A stretch of DNA of 64,000 nt from Oopsacas minuta (GCA_024704765.1 JAKMXF010000354.1:171690-235689); one strand, 5' to 3'. Shown: positions 52,397 through 63,855, numbered from the stretch's first letter. Notes: generated from the sequence alone by a model not told the origin. Numbers and translations are program-made.

Positions 52397-54924
52397 ATGG
52401 CAACTCGTACAAGTACTCCAGAGCCCCTCAGAGTATTAGAATTATTCAGTGGAGTAGGAGGCATGCATTGTGCAATAAGACAGACTGGCTATCCTGTATC
52501 ATCAGTCACTGCTATTGACATCAACCCCTCAGCTAACAGACTATACTCACATAACTTTAACACTACAAAATTGCTACAGTTAAACATACTAGGTATCAGT
52601 AGTAGCTTTCTGAAACAACTACAAACACAGCTGTGGGTGATGTCACCACCCTGTCAACCGTTTACTAGACAGGGCAAGAAGTTGGACCTAAAAGATGAAA
52701 GAACTTCTGCTTTTACTCATATACTAAAGTTAATCAGGTATTGTATGTTGGAGTTTGTAATTTCTATTTTGTTAATTATTAGCTGATCTGATTTTCTCTT
52801 GCATTCATGATTCCAACGAATCAGTGTAAAACTACTGCACAGACACATTCAAGAGCAAACCCATTAATACTATACATAATGAAAGAAATTGCACCACCCT
52901 GTGTATTGAGTATTGTTGCTTGAACATCGTGATCATGTAAGTAGAACATATTATATATTAATGCATAACACTGTAATGTAATTTTGTACCATGTGTTGCC
53001 TTCTTGCATACAACAGCTGCGTGCAACAAATACTAGTATCATGTATTGTGGGATAGGAATATACAAATTTGAGATTTCTAATTTTGAAACGATGTGGCCA
53101 TATTTGCAAAACACTGTAATATCCTACATCGGCTATACCATAACATATGATATTTGTTGTATAGAGAATTATCCTGTGAGCCTAACTATCTTCCTACTTA
53201 CATACTACTAGAGAATGTACAGGGATTTGAGTGTTCAGAAGCTCGTAATGAGTTAGTCACTACCCTGTCAGAGACTGGCTACACATACAGAGAGCTACTA
53301 CTAACTCCTCTACAATTCGGAGTACCTAACTCTAGATTGAGGTACTATCTTATAGCCAAGCTACAGCCTCTGAAGTTCAAGTTTGATAGTAGTTGTGTTA
53401 TCAGAGAATGGCCAATACAAGAGATAACACCTGTAACTGCTATCTTTACTGAGTATACAGGTATCAGGGATATAGATGTAGACCCTGGGGAAGCTGGATC
53501 TACAACTGTAAGCCAAGCTAATAGCAGCCACACACCTTCAAATGTTCATGTCACACTTTTTAATTTTCGAGCCATACATTTACATTTTCAAATTCCCATG
53601 TCTGTAATTGCAAGTATATACCAATACCGCAGACACTCGCTAATCCGAACAGCTAACATGGCAAAAGCTGATACAATATTCGGAAAATTGTCTAATATTT
53701 TTACACACCAAATTGTATAAATTCTACGCTGATTGTAATAAAATTCGAAATTACACATGTTTGCAGACTTGTATTCACTTGCTACAACATTCGAAAATAT
53801 GTGCTCATAGATCCTTGAGTATGTTTCAATGCTATACAATGATCCGTAAAATTTACTAATTCCGAACGATTTCATTGGTATCAGGCTGTTCGTATTAGCG
53901 AGGGTCTACTAAATGATTAAGCCATGTTCATGAGCGTAAACTATGAACTATTCATAAACATGTTCAAGCTATGAAAACATTTGGGGTTGCATTTACCATT
54001 ATTAATTAAGTTAAAAGTCAGACTACAAAGACTAAGATACACACAGTCAGCTAATTATTAGCTCGATTAGTTGTGAATCTTATGATATAATAACTCAGTG
54101 GAGTTCAACAGCTCAGACAATTAATTCAATCTTACATGCTCAATTCAGAGTCAGAGGTTGGTGTCATCATTGCTATAATCTAGCCAGTATTTACCACAGA
54201 TAAAATAAGATCATTAATTCGGCTATTATGGTCTCTTAATAGTATAATGGAACCTCGTTAATACAAATACGGATAATACGAACTAATATTTATACAAAAT
54301 CAGATCCTATAATGGTTATTCATTTGGTATTATAAGGCGAACAAATTTTGACCGCCTGTTGGTGTTCGTGTTAACGAGGTTCCGCTGTATAACTTATCCA
54401 ACATCTCGTAAGGTACTAGTATTAATTGTTCCTAGATTAGTGAAGATAAATCAGCTTCTCCATTATCCTGTATACCTCTAGACAGATTTCTAACACATCT
54501 ATCTCCAGAAGAGAAAGCCAGCTACTTACTGACAGCTCCTACACTACAGAAATACGGGAAGGTTCTTGACATAGTATACACGCACTCTGTATGTAGCTGC
54601 TGCTTTACACGAGCTTATGGAAACTATCTACAAGGTACTGGTTCTGTAATACAAAGCGGATTGAACTCAAAACAAGCAACTGATTCCGCTTACAATTTAT
54701 ACTTCCAAGCTGTTGAACAAGGATTACCTAACCTAGAGGCTCCACTTATGCCTTTAGAATTGCGGTTTTTTACGCCTAAAGAGATAGCCAATGTAATGTG
54801 TTTCCCAGCTGATTTCAGTTTCCCATCTGATCTCAGTAATAAACAGATATACAAACTTCTGGGGAATAGTGTTAATGTTCTTGTTATCACTAATCTACTA
54901 AGTCATTTATTATTGGACCAATGA
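52397..54924 (+). CDS. TRDMT1: tRNA (cytosine-38-C5)-methyltransferase DNMT2; 3 exons: 52397-52737, 53165-~53543/53549, 54436-54924
   Basis: Motif I ELFSGVGGMH, IV SPPCQPFTRQG, VI ENVQGF, VIII PNSRLRYY, DNMT2-specific CFTRAYG...GTGS, LRFFTPKEIA and motif X LLGNSVNV. The exon 2 donor is ambiguous between two phase-0 GTs. Confidence 0.93.
53627..53911. mobile_element. CAGT-type MITE in TRDMT1 intron 2
   Basis: ccgcagacactcgctaatccgaacagc ... gctgttcgtattagcgagggtctact; ends resemble 29741-29985. Confidence 0.7.
54245..54387. mobile_element. CAGT-type MITE in TRDMT1 intron 2, same family as 47246-47417
   Basis: TA|taatggaacctcgttaatac ... gtgttaacgaggttccgctg|TA. Confidence 0.7.
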
Positions 54925-55915
54925 GGGGATAGTATAATAACAAGCTACATTATATTAATATATAAGTATGCTCATTCGCTTTGTTAATTTCTATGAAAAG
55001 ATATTAAATTATTTCAGGAATATTTAAGTCACATTTCATATAATTCATATAATGAAAATTATTCAGTTAATAAGGAACAACGATTGAGGATCGCTATATA
55101 CTAACTACTAAAGCTGGAGTTCTTTCAACTCCAGACCCTGGATGACTACAGTGGAAGCCCGCTTAACTGTCGTCTCGATAGTCCTGCTACCTTTTAAGTC
55201 CCGTTTCTAAAGATGTTAACATTAACATTAATTTATTCCAGAATACGGCCATAAATTTCGGTTAAGGGTGACTGTAATTCCGACTGTATTGACCATTGCA
55301 TAATATTTAAAGATATTTGAAATAACCGAAACTTTATGACGTATTGAATACCTGTTAGTACATACCTTTCTGAAAACATTTTGTGAGAATTTTATCTTCC
55401 TTGTCTTTCATATGACACTTCAAGATTATGTCTAATAAACATATAATTATTCATGATTGGAAACTCCAGAATATTATTTTGAGAAATTAGTTGTAATTAC
55501 TACTATTTAGACTTATCTGGAGTAATCAGCATGTGTATACATTGATGTCAGACATGTTAGTTTGAAAGATGGCTTAACTAGCAATAATATTTATTACGTA
55601 TAATAAGATTATATGTGTGATTTGATAATAAAATCGTTTTTATTATAACTTTACAATAAAAACTATTACAAACCTTCATAAACGTTTGTAATATTTATTT
55701 AAGTTTATAAACAAACGAAAATCAGGCCTTACAGGACCCAGGGGTGCATTTTTAAAAGAAAAGTTGGAGAGTGCGCACCTTTAGGTGCTCAGCGGACGAA
55801 TGGAGGCATTGGGTCCGCGAAATAATAAACGCAACTAGCACGCGCGGATTTAATGAGGCTAGCTGAAGCCCCTGCAAACGTGTTTTGTTAACTTTCGGTA
55901 GACTGGGTGGGGTCA

Positions 55916-56037
55916 ATACGATAATAGTTGGGGGTCTATTCTGACCCCACTTCGTCCATACGATAATAGTTGGGGTCAATTCTGACCCCACTTCGTCAAT
56001 TAATTAATGGTCAATCTGGGGTCAATTTTGACCTCAC
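55916..56037. repeat. Two ~41-bp tandem repeats plus a third partial unit, each containing the palindrome TGGGGTCA-N4-TGACCCCA
   Basis: Units 55916-55957 and 55958-55998 (atacgataatagttggggtcaattctgaccccacttcgtc); third palindrome tggggtcaattttgacctca at ~56017-56036. Confidence 0.85.
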
Positions 56038-56216
56038 TAAGTCAATTCTTATGAAAATATATACTCAGTTCATGCTGTGTTAATTATGTATTCGAAATTC
56101 TGCTACAACCCTGTGCTAGATTCTCAAATCAGCATTTTTTGTGTTACTAAGTGAAAAGAAATACTGTAAATTAGTTTACTTGTATAATCCAACAAATGTA
56201 CAACTCATTAGTACAA

Positions 56217-58748
56217 TTATTTAAATGCATGAAGGTAACTATCTAATGTTGATACAATTAACTCAGGACTGCTAGGTCTGAATAGGAGACGAGTTGTGAC
56301 GTCAGAGAACCCCATTATCTTCTCCACATATACTCTAGTGCTGCCTCTCAGATCGTACACATACACAGACTTATCCTCTGAGCCTGTAGCTATGAATCTT
56401 CCACAAGGACTGACTTTACAATCAACTGGCATTACACTGTTCTTATGCTGATTATACTTAACAATACATTTATTCATTCTAACGTCCCATACTCTGATGC
56501 TATCTTGTACTGCAGAGGTTAGGAACATGTTAAATGCATCTGACTGTACTCCGCAATACTTTGAGCCTTCGTACTGATGTATTGAGTTAACTACACGTTC
56601 TAACTGTATGTTGCATACCTGCTTATCAGCGTTAAGATCGTGAATAACAAGAGTACGATTAGAGAGTCCTAGCAACGAGATATGGGAGTAGAATGCATTA
56701 GCTGCTGAGCATGCAGTGATACTATGTACAGACTGTGTAACTCTAAGAGCTTGCTTCCAGGTATTTAGATTAAGATAGCGTTTTAAATCATCAGTATGTT
56801 TGTGTGTGTTTTCTAGCGCATAAGCATATAAACATAGCTCAGCTCCCTGCGTTAACAAGATGAACTTGTCTACGTAGAAGAATTGTATATGATTAATCTC
56901 TTGATTGGTGGTAGTGCTAATTGATAGAAGAGATCTGAGACCTCTTACATCCCATAACAGACACTCAGCATTACTAGCAGACACTAAATGCTTCCCTGAG
57001 TGACTCCAACCCAGAGACTCAACTTTACCAGTGTGTCCTCTCATCACACGTGATTTGTCAGCACCTGAACTCAACAGATTCTTACAACCACTCTTATCAG
57101 ACAGCAGAGCTATTGTACTGTCTATTAGGCCACATGCTAAAATCTCTCCGTCACTAGAACAAGATAAACTCCTCACTCCTCCGTTCTCTCTCAGCATTTG
57201 AATCTTACCTTTCTCTCTAGAAGGAAACCTATCTGATATTGAGTAATCTTTCCTACCCAGACAGGGCTGAGATTTTGAGATAGGACGTCTGGACGAGAGA
57301 GCTTTGCAGCACTGAGGAGTAAACACTTTAGCCTTAGTGTGTGTCTGTCCATAACCAGATGACTTTATCTTTGTGTGGAATACGATAGGTTGGTCCAGAG
57401 ATTGTTTCTTAGATCTGTCAGAGCTAGAGGAAGGTCTTGAGTATGATACATTCTCCTTAGAGTTCTGTTTAGCTGATAATTGTATAGAGAGGGGACTAGA
57501 TCTGAGGAGAGGAGATGTAGCTTGGAAATTGAGAAGTTTTTCTAGTTTCCATTCAGAGGACAGTTCAGGTATTCTAAACCTGACTATTAGAGTAATATCG
57601 TGAGGAGAGAGTACCGCTAGGAAATAACAGTCTTGAGAAGAAACAGGTGAATGAGCGAATCGTGTGTGAGTAATACTTTTAGTATGAGCAGTGAGATTAC
57701 CTAATTCTTCTAGAAGATTTGTTGTGTATTCTATAGCCCCTGTATTGGAGTTTATAATAATCAGACGGGACTCTGTTGTGAGTATGAGATAGGCGGGACG
57801 AGAGAGGGCAGAGGAGAGATAGGAAGGGGGAAGGGTGGGCTCATTGAAAGGAAAGGAACAAAAATATGCACCAGTTAAATTCCAACTCTGATGAGAAGTT
57901 GTTGGTTCTTCTTTTGATTCTTTGCTAGTCTGTATAGTTTGTATTGTAGCATTAATAATTGGAGTTTTGAGTTTAACTGAATTTAGTGATTTATTTGGAG
58001 AGGATTGAGCAAACGTAAAATGTATCTTCATATCAAGTTCAAAAGTCAAAAAGCATTTCTTGACGTCTCTGAACCATTCAAATAACCAGATACTCCCGTC
58101 AGCTGATCCTACCATTATCACGTCCTGTGAGGGATGAATCTGAGTAGAGATGAGAGGAGAGGAGGACAAGAGGGGAGACTCAAAGAGGGCATTGTTGTTA
58201 GAAATATCCCAAATACGGAATGTTCTATCTTGTGAACTGGTTACTACGAGATTGTTGTTGATAGAGAAATAAAAGATAGAAGTGATCGGGAGACTGTGAC
58301 CTTCAAATATTGCATTCAACTCAAGAATTCTACCAAATTTGAATACAAACAGTTTAGCACCAGAACAACAGATTAGGAATTTAGAAGTTACATTAAATTT
58401 CAACTGAGTGACTACATCACCGTTACAACAATCTAGATCAGTGGTGACCTGATGGTTACTACAGCTATCAGCTAATACAGGGACTGTCCAGACAGTGAGG
58501 TTAGTACGTGTAGCGGAAGCTAGGTAGAGAGGAAGAGATGGACTGTAGCTCAAAGCGAGAGCAGTTATAGAAGATTCTATGTCTTCAAATTCGTATGTAC
58601 GTGGGGGTGCTAGACTGTAGCATTGTACTACCTTTGAATTGTCAGGGGATAACTGACACCAAAATAGAGTGTCGTTGTGTGTAGCAGTGTCTGTAGGCTG
58701 TAAGAGAGTAGAAGAAGTGTAGCCTTGCCATGAAGTGGTCACGGACAT
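56217..58748 (-). CDS. WDR27: WD repeat-containing protein 27; intronless
   Basis: 843 aa; N-terminal WD repeats (FEGHSLPIT, SSQDRTFRIWD), linker DQPIVFHTKIKSSGYG, C-terminal WD repeats (RGHTGKVESLGWSHSG, HIQFFYVDKFILL, NAFYSHI, SPCGRFIATGSEDKSVYVYDLR). Confidence 0.88.
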   Translation of the reverse strand: MSVTTSWQGYTSSTLLQPTDTATHNDTLFWCQLSPDNSKVVQCYSLAPPRTYEFEDIESSITALALSYSPSLPLYLASATRTNLTVWTVPVLADSCSNHQVTTDLDCCNGDVVTQLKFNVTSKFLICCSGAKLFVFKFGRILELNAIFEGHSLPITSIFYFSINNNLVVTSSQDRTFRIWDISNNNALFESPLLSSSPLISTQIHPSQDVIMVGSADGSIWLFEWFRDVKKCFLTFELDMKIHFTFAQSSPNKSLNSVKLKTPIINATIQTIQTSKESKEEPTTSHQSWNLTGAYFCSFPFNEPTLPPSYLSSALSRPAYLILTTESRLIIINSNTGAIEYTTNLLEELGNLTAHTKSITHTRFAHSPVSSQDCYFLAVLSPHDITLIVRFRIPELSSEWKLEKLLNFQATSPLLRSSPLSIQLSAKQNSKENVSYSRPSSSSDRSKKQSLDQPIVFHTKIKSSGYGQTHTKAKVFTPQCCKALSSRRPISKSQPCLGRKDYSISDRFPSREKGKIQMLRENGGVRSLSCSSDGEILACGLIDSTIALLSDKSGCKNLLSSGADKSRVMRGHTGKVESLGWSHSGKHLVSASNAECLLWDVRGLRSLLSISTTTNQEINHIQFFYVDKFILLTQGAELCLYAYALENTHKHTDDLKRYLNLNTWKQALRVTQSVHSITACSAANAFYSHISLLGLSNRTLVIHDLNADKQVCNIQLERVVNSIHQYEGSKYCGVQSDAFNMFLTSAVQDSIRVWDVRMNKCIVKYNQHKNSVMPVDCKVSPCGRFIATGSEDKSVYVYDLRGSTRVYVEKIMGFSDVTTRLLFRPSSPELIVSTLDSYLHAFK

Positions 58749-60882
58749 TCAATTTATCTATAAGATAAATGACCCACATAGGGGTGAAGATTTTCTATCA
58801 ATCTTATTTTATCGATTATTATGACTAATGTCTGGGTCTTATACTTGTACAGCGAAATATTAGTGTTTAAATTTAGCATTACGTATGTTATTTTAAATTG
58901 GTGTTAAATGATGGAAATTAAGAAAACTGTCTATAGGGACATTGTCCCCGGCAAGATGATTTGACTTACATCCCCAGGATATTCAGATTATTCTGGTTGC
59001 TAGCTCATTCATGGCACATTTCCATGAGGAGTCAGAAGTTAGAATTCGGAAGTGTGTTTGTTTAGCCTCCTTGCTTTATGGAATGATCGCTTCACAAATA
59101 CTTCAACATTGTAGCGTGCACAATCATAGTTATTGGGTATATTTAGTGGAACTTTAGCATGCAACTAAGCCAGAATAATAATAAATGCTGTACTGTTTCG
59201 CGAGTATCTCAGGAGTTATTTTGATTGCAATTCAGGTAAAACATTGCAGCATATGCTGTCGTAATCATACTCCCTAATATCATAACAGTAAGATCAGAAT
59301 CATTTGTGATTGTTTTAGATTTCTATCCATAATTTCCTAAAAGTTGTGCATGCGATTAGAAGTAGAATGAAGTTAGGAAAGCAACCTTAGTAAATAAACG
59401 ATGACTAACCATCATATGATTTAATAAATTTATAAGATTAATTGCAGGTTTAGAGTAACTGCAAGATAATCTTATTTACTGTACTGACTATACCTATGTT
59501 GTATGTATACTAATTGCAACAGTAGACTAATATTCAATTTCCAGTAGCTTGTCTCTTCTGTTTACAGGTTTGGTATCCTTTGGTCTGAGTTACTTACTAT
59601 ATGCTAGTTAAGGTTCCTTACTCTATAGTTTGATATTGTAGCTATGATTGTACAATGGTGCGAGTGGAAAAGGTTAGCATGTGATGATTGATTAATTCGA
59701 CTTGTTGCAGCGGCCTTCAGCAAACTTCGCAATCTCAGTTAGCAAAACGAATAACTAATTGACGAACCATTTATAGTAGATTAATTTTGGATATTGCTGA
59801 GTCATGTAATAGTCATTTGGTTCCAATTTGGCAGCATTCTGCGGCGTTGCCATAGTATTGAGTTAAACATATGAAATGTATTAAAATTTGATGAGGAGCA
59901 ACCATTTAACCAAAGCGAACATTCTAATGTCAAAAACTGGGAAAAATACCCGCGCAACGTAGTTATTGAAAATCCATTCTGTTAAGCCCACTTTCAGTGA
60001 AAAAATCAACAATAAATTTCTAACACAATGAGAATAACTTTTAAGCAAATTTCCAGCAAAATTGAAGTAAAAAAAAGTCCCAATTAGCCGTTTGTTAAGG
60101 AGAAATCTTCCAAAGGCGACTTCATTTTAAATTTCTATAGAAAACGTCTCTATTATTACTACGAGGAATATACACAATTAATATACAATCATATTAATGA
60201 AGGTAGCTAATATATGATAACTAACCACATTAAATATTCTATAATATTAATCTGTAATTAAATGTGAAATACCAAAATATATCATTTTAAAGTATTATAA
60301 ACTCCAAGTATGTAATGAGACAGATAAACAGATATACGTACAGATAACAATACTGTTATTTAAATATTAAGTAATAGTTAAATAGTAAATATGTAAATTC
60401 TCAGTTATTCCAGACTGAATCCTTCCAAAGAAATGAATAAAAGCTGTGACGTGTTCATCAAAATAAAAACACAAAAAGTCCTTAAAGATTTCTGCAATAT
60501 TTGTAGAAAACACATGAAGAACTATTAAAACAACCATGTATAGACATAGTGGTCTTACGTAAGCCAGAATCAACACGAACAGTAAAGAGATTTGGTAGAG
60601 CAAGAGACAAGTTGCGAGTAATTAACACTATAATTTAATCGTATATATTTGACAGAATACTCTTGGACACAAAATATAGACAACCTAACTTGTATGAAGT
60701 AATTAGCTTGGATCCATCCACATAGATATTTGCCATATAAAGTGCTGTCTTCGTTTCAACAAATATTAAATTAATTTACCTATATTATTCTCAGTGTAAA
60801 GTGTAAAATATTTCTGCTGAATACATACATGTATGTATGTATTGTTCAAGTTTTAAAAGTTTGACTGTTTGGCCATAAAAAG

Positions 60883-61812
60883 CTATGAAATCTGCGGAAT
60901 AGTGGGAGAGATGAAGCCCCATTGAGTGCCGTCTCTCTCAAAGAACTGTCTTTCTTCACTTCGCAGGTACTCGAAATTCCTCATATTCATGTCCAAAGGA
61001 GTCCTCGGATCAAATGTGTATGTATCACATGGTCCTGCATATCTAGCATCCGGGGGCAGGGCTCCTGTCATCTGGTAAGGTACACTTTGGTAGTAGTAAG
61101 GTTGATGCATGTAGGGAGCGGCACCTGAGTAGGGATCTACCCAGGTGGGAGTGGGTGCGTGTCCGGATAGATGGTAGTATGGAGTCTGTGAGGGGTAGTA
61201 GTACTGTAGGAGAGGAGCTGGTGCTGGACTTGACCCAGCTCCGAGTGGGCTGTGATTACCAGAACCAGGAGGACTACTCCCTCCTTTCTTAGGGACAGCA
61301 ATACGCACCTTTATTGTTCGACTTCCCAACCCTGGGATATTTTCCATCTCTCTTAGAGCTCGCTGCTGCTCCTGCTCTTCAGTGAAACGTACAAACCCAT
61401 AACCCTTGCTCTTACCGTTAGCTTCTTGCACCACACGGGCAGCACGACAGGAAGGGAACCTCTGCTGGAAGAAGTCCAGTAACATGATGTCATTCACCTC
61501 ACTGCTCAGATCACCGACGTACAAACTGAACTCAGGGGCGTTACCACTCGCATAGTTGAGCTTGAAGAAACGGAGAGGGTCAGAACTCGGGATGGGGTTA
61601 CCATTATGACGTCGCATGATGGATTCTATTTTAGCTCCATCTCCGAAATCTACAAAGCAGTAACCAGCTGGCAGTCCAGTTTGCTTGTTACGTATTACAC
61701 GTACATCTATGACCTTCTCTCCCGCTTGTTCGAATGCTTTCACGATATATTCCTCAGTCATGTAGTTGTCTAGCTCTCCCATCCAGAGAACGGACTGCTT
61801 ATTGTGCATCAT
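60883..61812 (-). CDS. TRNAU1AP: tRNA selenocysteine 1-associated protein 1 (SECp43); intronless
   Basis: RRM1 VLWMGELDNYMTEEYIVKAF..GLPAGYCFVDF..RFFKLNYAS; RRM2 EFSLYVGDLSSEV..SKGYGFVRFTEEQEQQRALREM; Tyr/Pro-rich tail ending N.EYL..EE. Confidence 0.92.
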   Translation of the reverse strand: MMHNKQSVLWMGELDNYMTEEYIVKAFEQAGEKVIDVRVIRNKQTGLPAGYCFVDFGDGAKIESIMRRHNGNPIPSSDPLRFFKLNYASGNAPEFSLYVGDLSSEVNDIMLLDFFQQRFPSCRAARVVQEANGKSKGYGFVRFTEEQEQQRALREMENIPGLGSRTIKVRIAVPKKGGSSPPGSGNHSPLGAGSSPAPAPLLQYYYPSQTPYYHLSGHAPTPTWVDPYSGAAPYMHQPYYYQSVPYQMTGALPPDARYAGPCDTYTFDPRTPLDMNMRNFEYLRSEERQFFERDGTQWGFISPTIPQIS

Positions 61813-62626
61813 GTTGATTGTTGATTGTGAAGAATTGGCTATAAATAAATAAATACTAAGAAATGAAAATCTAAATTTGCAATATTAGTTGCAATTCGCC
61901 GTGGCTTTTATACTTATTGTGTCAATTTAATAGCGGAATTGTGCTTGTGCATATCAAAAATGAGTGTGTGTAAAAACATGATTTGCTGGGATTGTGTAGA
62001 ATGGGTATTTATACTTTGACAGATTGGTGAATAAAGTGAGTACAGATGAAGCACTGAGAAATACACAAACACAACTTTGCTGAACGACAGACAGATGGCT
62101 TCACAATGACTCCTATGGGAAAGTACCAGATTGAATAATACAATATAAATAATACTGTCTTGTAAAAGGTGTCCATCTTATACTTAAATTTAATTCAGAA
62201 CTGCTTAGTAGGCTTTAAACTAATTTAGATTTTTGAGATACGAATTTAGATCAGTAATTTAATTAAGCATTCCCAGTAAAGAACAGATGTCTTCTTTAAG
62301 GTTTTTTGAATATCTAACTAACGTTTATAGAAATAGACCATTAAATTTGTGGTTGAGCAATTAAGACTTCCTAGAATCACCTGTGATTGGTACCAGTAAA
62401 CATATAAAAAAGTACATTACATGCTGCTACGTGGCTTTTAGAAACGGTATATTTTACGCTGAGTAACTTTATGATCCAACATTGAAATCATGTTTACTTA
62501 GGGACTAATTAGTGGTTTTACGAACAGACTATATTTATCCGTAATTGTTGAATAATTGATATTCGATTAAAATTCGGAACTGTTGTCAAAATATTTTCGA
62601 TGATTGTTGCAAATTGTAGCGATTTC

Positions 62627-62700
62627 TAAGGCATTAGTCGATCACCAAATTAATGTTCGGAGATCGTGATCCCGATCCTTGTGCCAAAAGGATCGTAACT
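62627..62700 (+). mobile_element. Partial left end of the GATC-rich hAT-type MITE family of 27812-28209
   Basis: taaggcattagtcgatc is identical to 27812-27828 and is followed by gatcgtgatcccgatcc. Confidence 0.6.
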
Positions 62701-62724
62701 ACGTTCACGATAATTTTTCTGAAA

Positions 62725-62930
62725 TTTATATGCACCTCCCATAGGGAGATGCTTATGCTTTATTACGTGCGTCCGTCCGTGCATCCTCGCAGCAATGCGA
62801 ATTCTACCAGTCCGATTGCCATGAAATTTATTACATACATTTTGATATACATATCGCGGTCTAGATTCGCGAATTTTCTCCGATCGTCGAAAATAGATCG
62901 TGCGATTCTAGTGTCCTATAATATTCAAAT
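62725..62930 (+). mobile_element. HINE/DINE-1-like (Helentron-associated) non-autonomous element fragment
   Basis: T-rich start, short palindrome gcacctccc-ata-gggagatgc, GTCC microsatellite (gtgcgtccgtccgtg) and ccgattgccatgaaattt, the usual layout of such elements. Confidence 0.45.
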
Positions 62931-63270
62931 GGGTTTGTAATGTAGTTGTTGTGAATAGTGGTTGGTTGTGTTTGTTGTTGTCGTGTGAAGTTTTACGTAT
63001 TCTTATAATCCAGTTCACAGTAGAATTGTATATCATAAAGTCCAGTCATCCCTATGAACCATTTTCCATAATATAACTATCTTATTATAGGCAATTAACG
63101 AGATTTTTTGAAAATCACGTTACTTCCCTTAATAAGGTAGTCGATGTGCTGTTTGGTCAAACAAGGTTCACAGTTGGTGAAAATTTGTATGCTATTTCGT
63201 ATATTGTAACTGATAAAACATTCAGTTTTATTAGAGGCTGAGAAAATAAGAAATTAAAATTTCCTGTTTA

Positions 63271-63855
63271 TCATTGAGTATCCATAGCTGTAAAGCAAGA
63301 TTGCTTCAAAGTGTGAGAACTTGTAATAATATTCCCAAACGGTACTTCAGTCAGGTCTGAGGTAGAATTATCCATCACGGTTGTTTGTTTTAGACTTTTC
63401 TCTAAAGTAGCTGATTCGTTAACTTTAAATATTATGTCATAAGAGAGTTTAGAAGGTAATTGTAGCATACACAACTGAGTCTTTAATTCTATGTCTTTGA
63501 AAGCAGCGCTAATTGAGTTCTCAGTATTTCGTATAGAAACTTGTTTATCAGTGTAATCCAAAGAGAAATCCCATTTCTCGACTATACTCTCATTCAAACT
63601 CTCGTATAGTATTAGCTCTATACAGTGTACATGCTTGCTTTGTATCCAACCACGTAGCACACTGATTGCATCATCCAAGAAATTCTTATCAAATGAATCT
63701 GATAGTTTACTTACAACCATCTCAAGATAGTTCTCATTATAGAAACTACTCTCTGGTAAAACTGATCTGAGCTTTAGAATGTGGCAGATACAGAGCTCTA
63801 GATAGGTTAGCATTTGTTGGTTGCTACCAGATACAGAGAATACCTGCATGGACAT
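63271..63855 (-). CDS. Divergent stand-alone HORMA-domain protein (Mad2/Rev7/HORMAD family); intronless
   Basis: 194 aa: SGS...LTYLELCICHILKLRSVLPESSF, FLDDAISVLRGWIQSKHV..IELIL, SIVEKWDFSLD, LSYDIIF and EVPFGNIITSSHTL align by eye with the HORMA secondary-structure pattern (Mad2: GS...ILYQRGIYP..F; YLNNVVEQLKDWL; EVLERWQFDI). Confidence 0.7.
   Translation of the reverse strand: MSMQVFSVSGSNQQMLTYLELCICHILKLRSVLPESSFYNENYLEMVVSKLSDSFDKNFLDDAISVLRGWIQSKHVHCIELILYESLNESIVEKWDFSLDYTDKQVSIRNTENSISAAFKDIELKTQLCMLQLPSKLSYDIIFKVNESATLEKSLKQTTVMDNSTSDLTEVPFGNIITSSHTLKQSCFTAMDTQ

Noticed and set aside
59190-59750. Possible non-LTR retrotransposon relic: RVSQE (GVxQG-like), IAAYAVVI (YADD-like), AAAFSKLRN
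   Set aside because: Motifs are degenerate, spacing between the first two is far too short, and there is no continuous frame; insufficient without a profile search.
52397-61812. Proximity of two tRNA-related genes (TRDMT1 and TRNAU1AP) as a functional cluster
   Set aside because: Opposite strands, separated by WDR27, and acting on different tRNAs and pathways; chance adjacency is sufficient.
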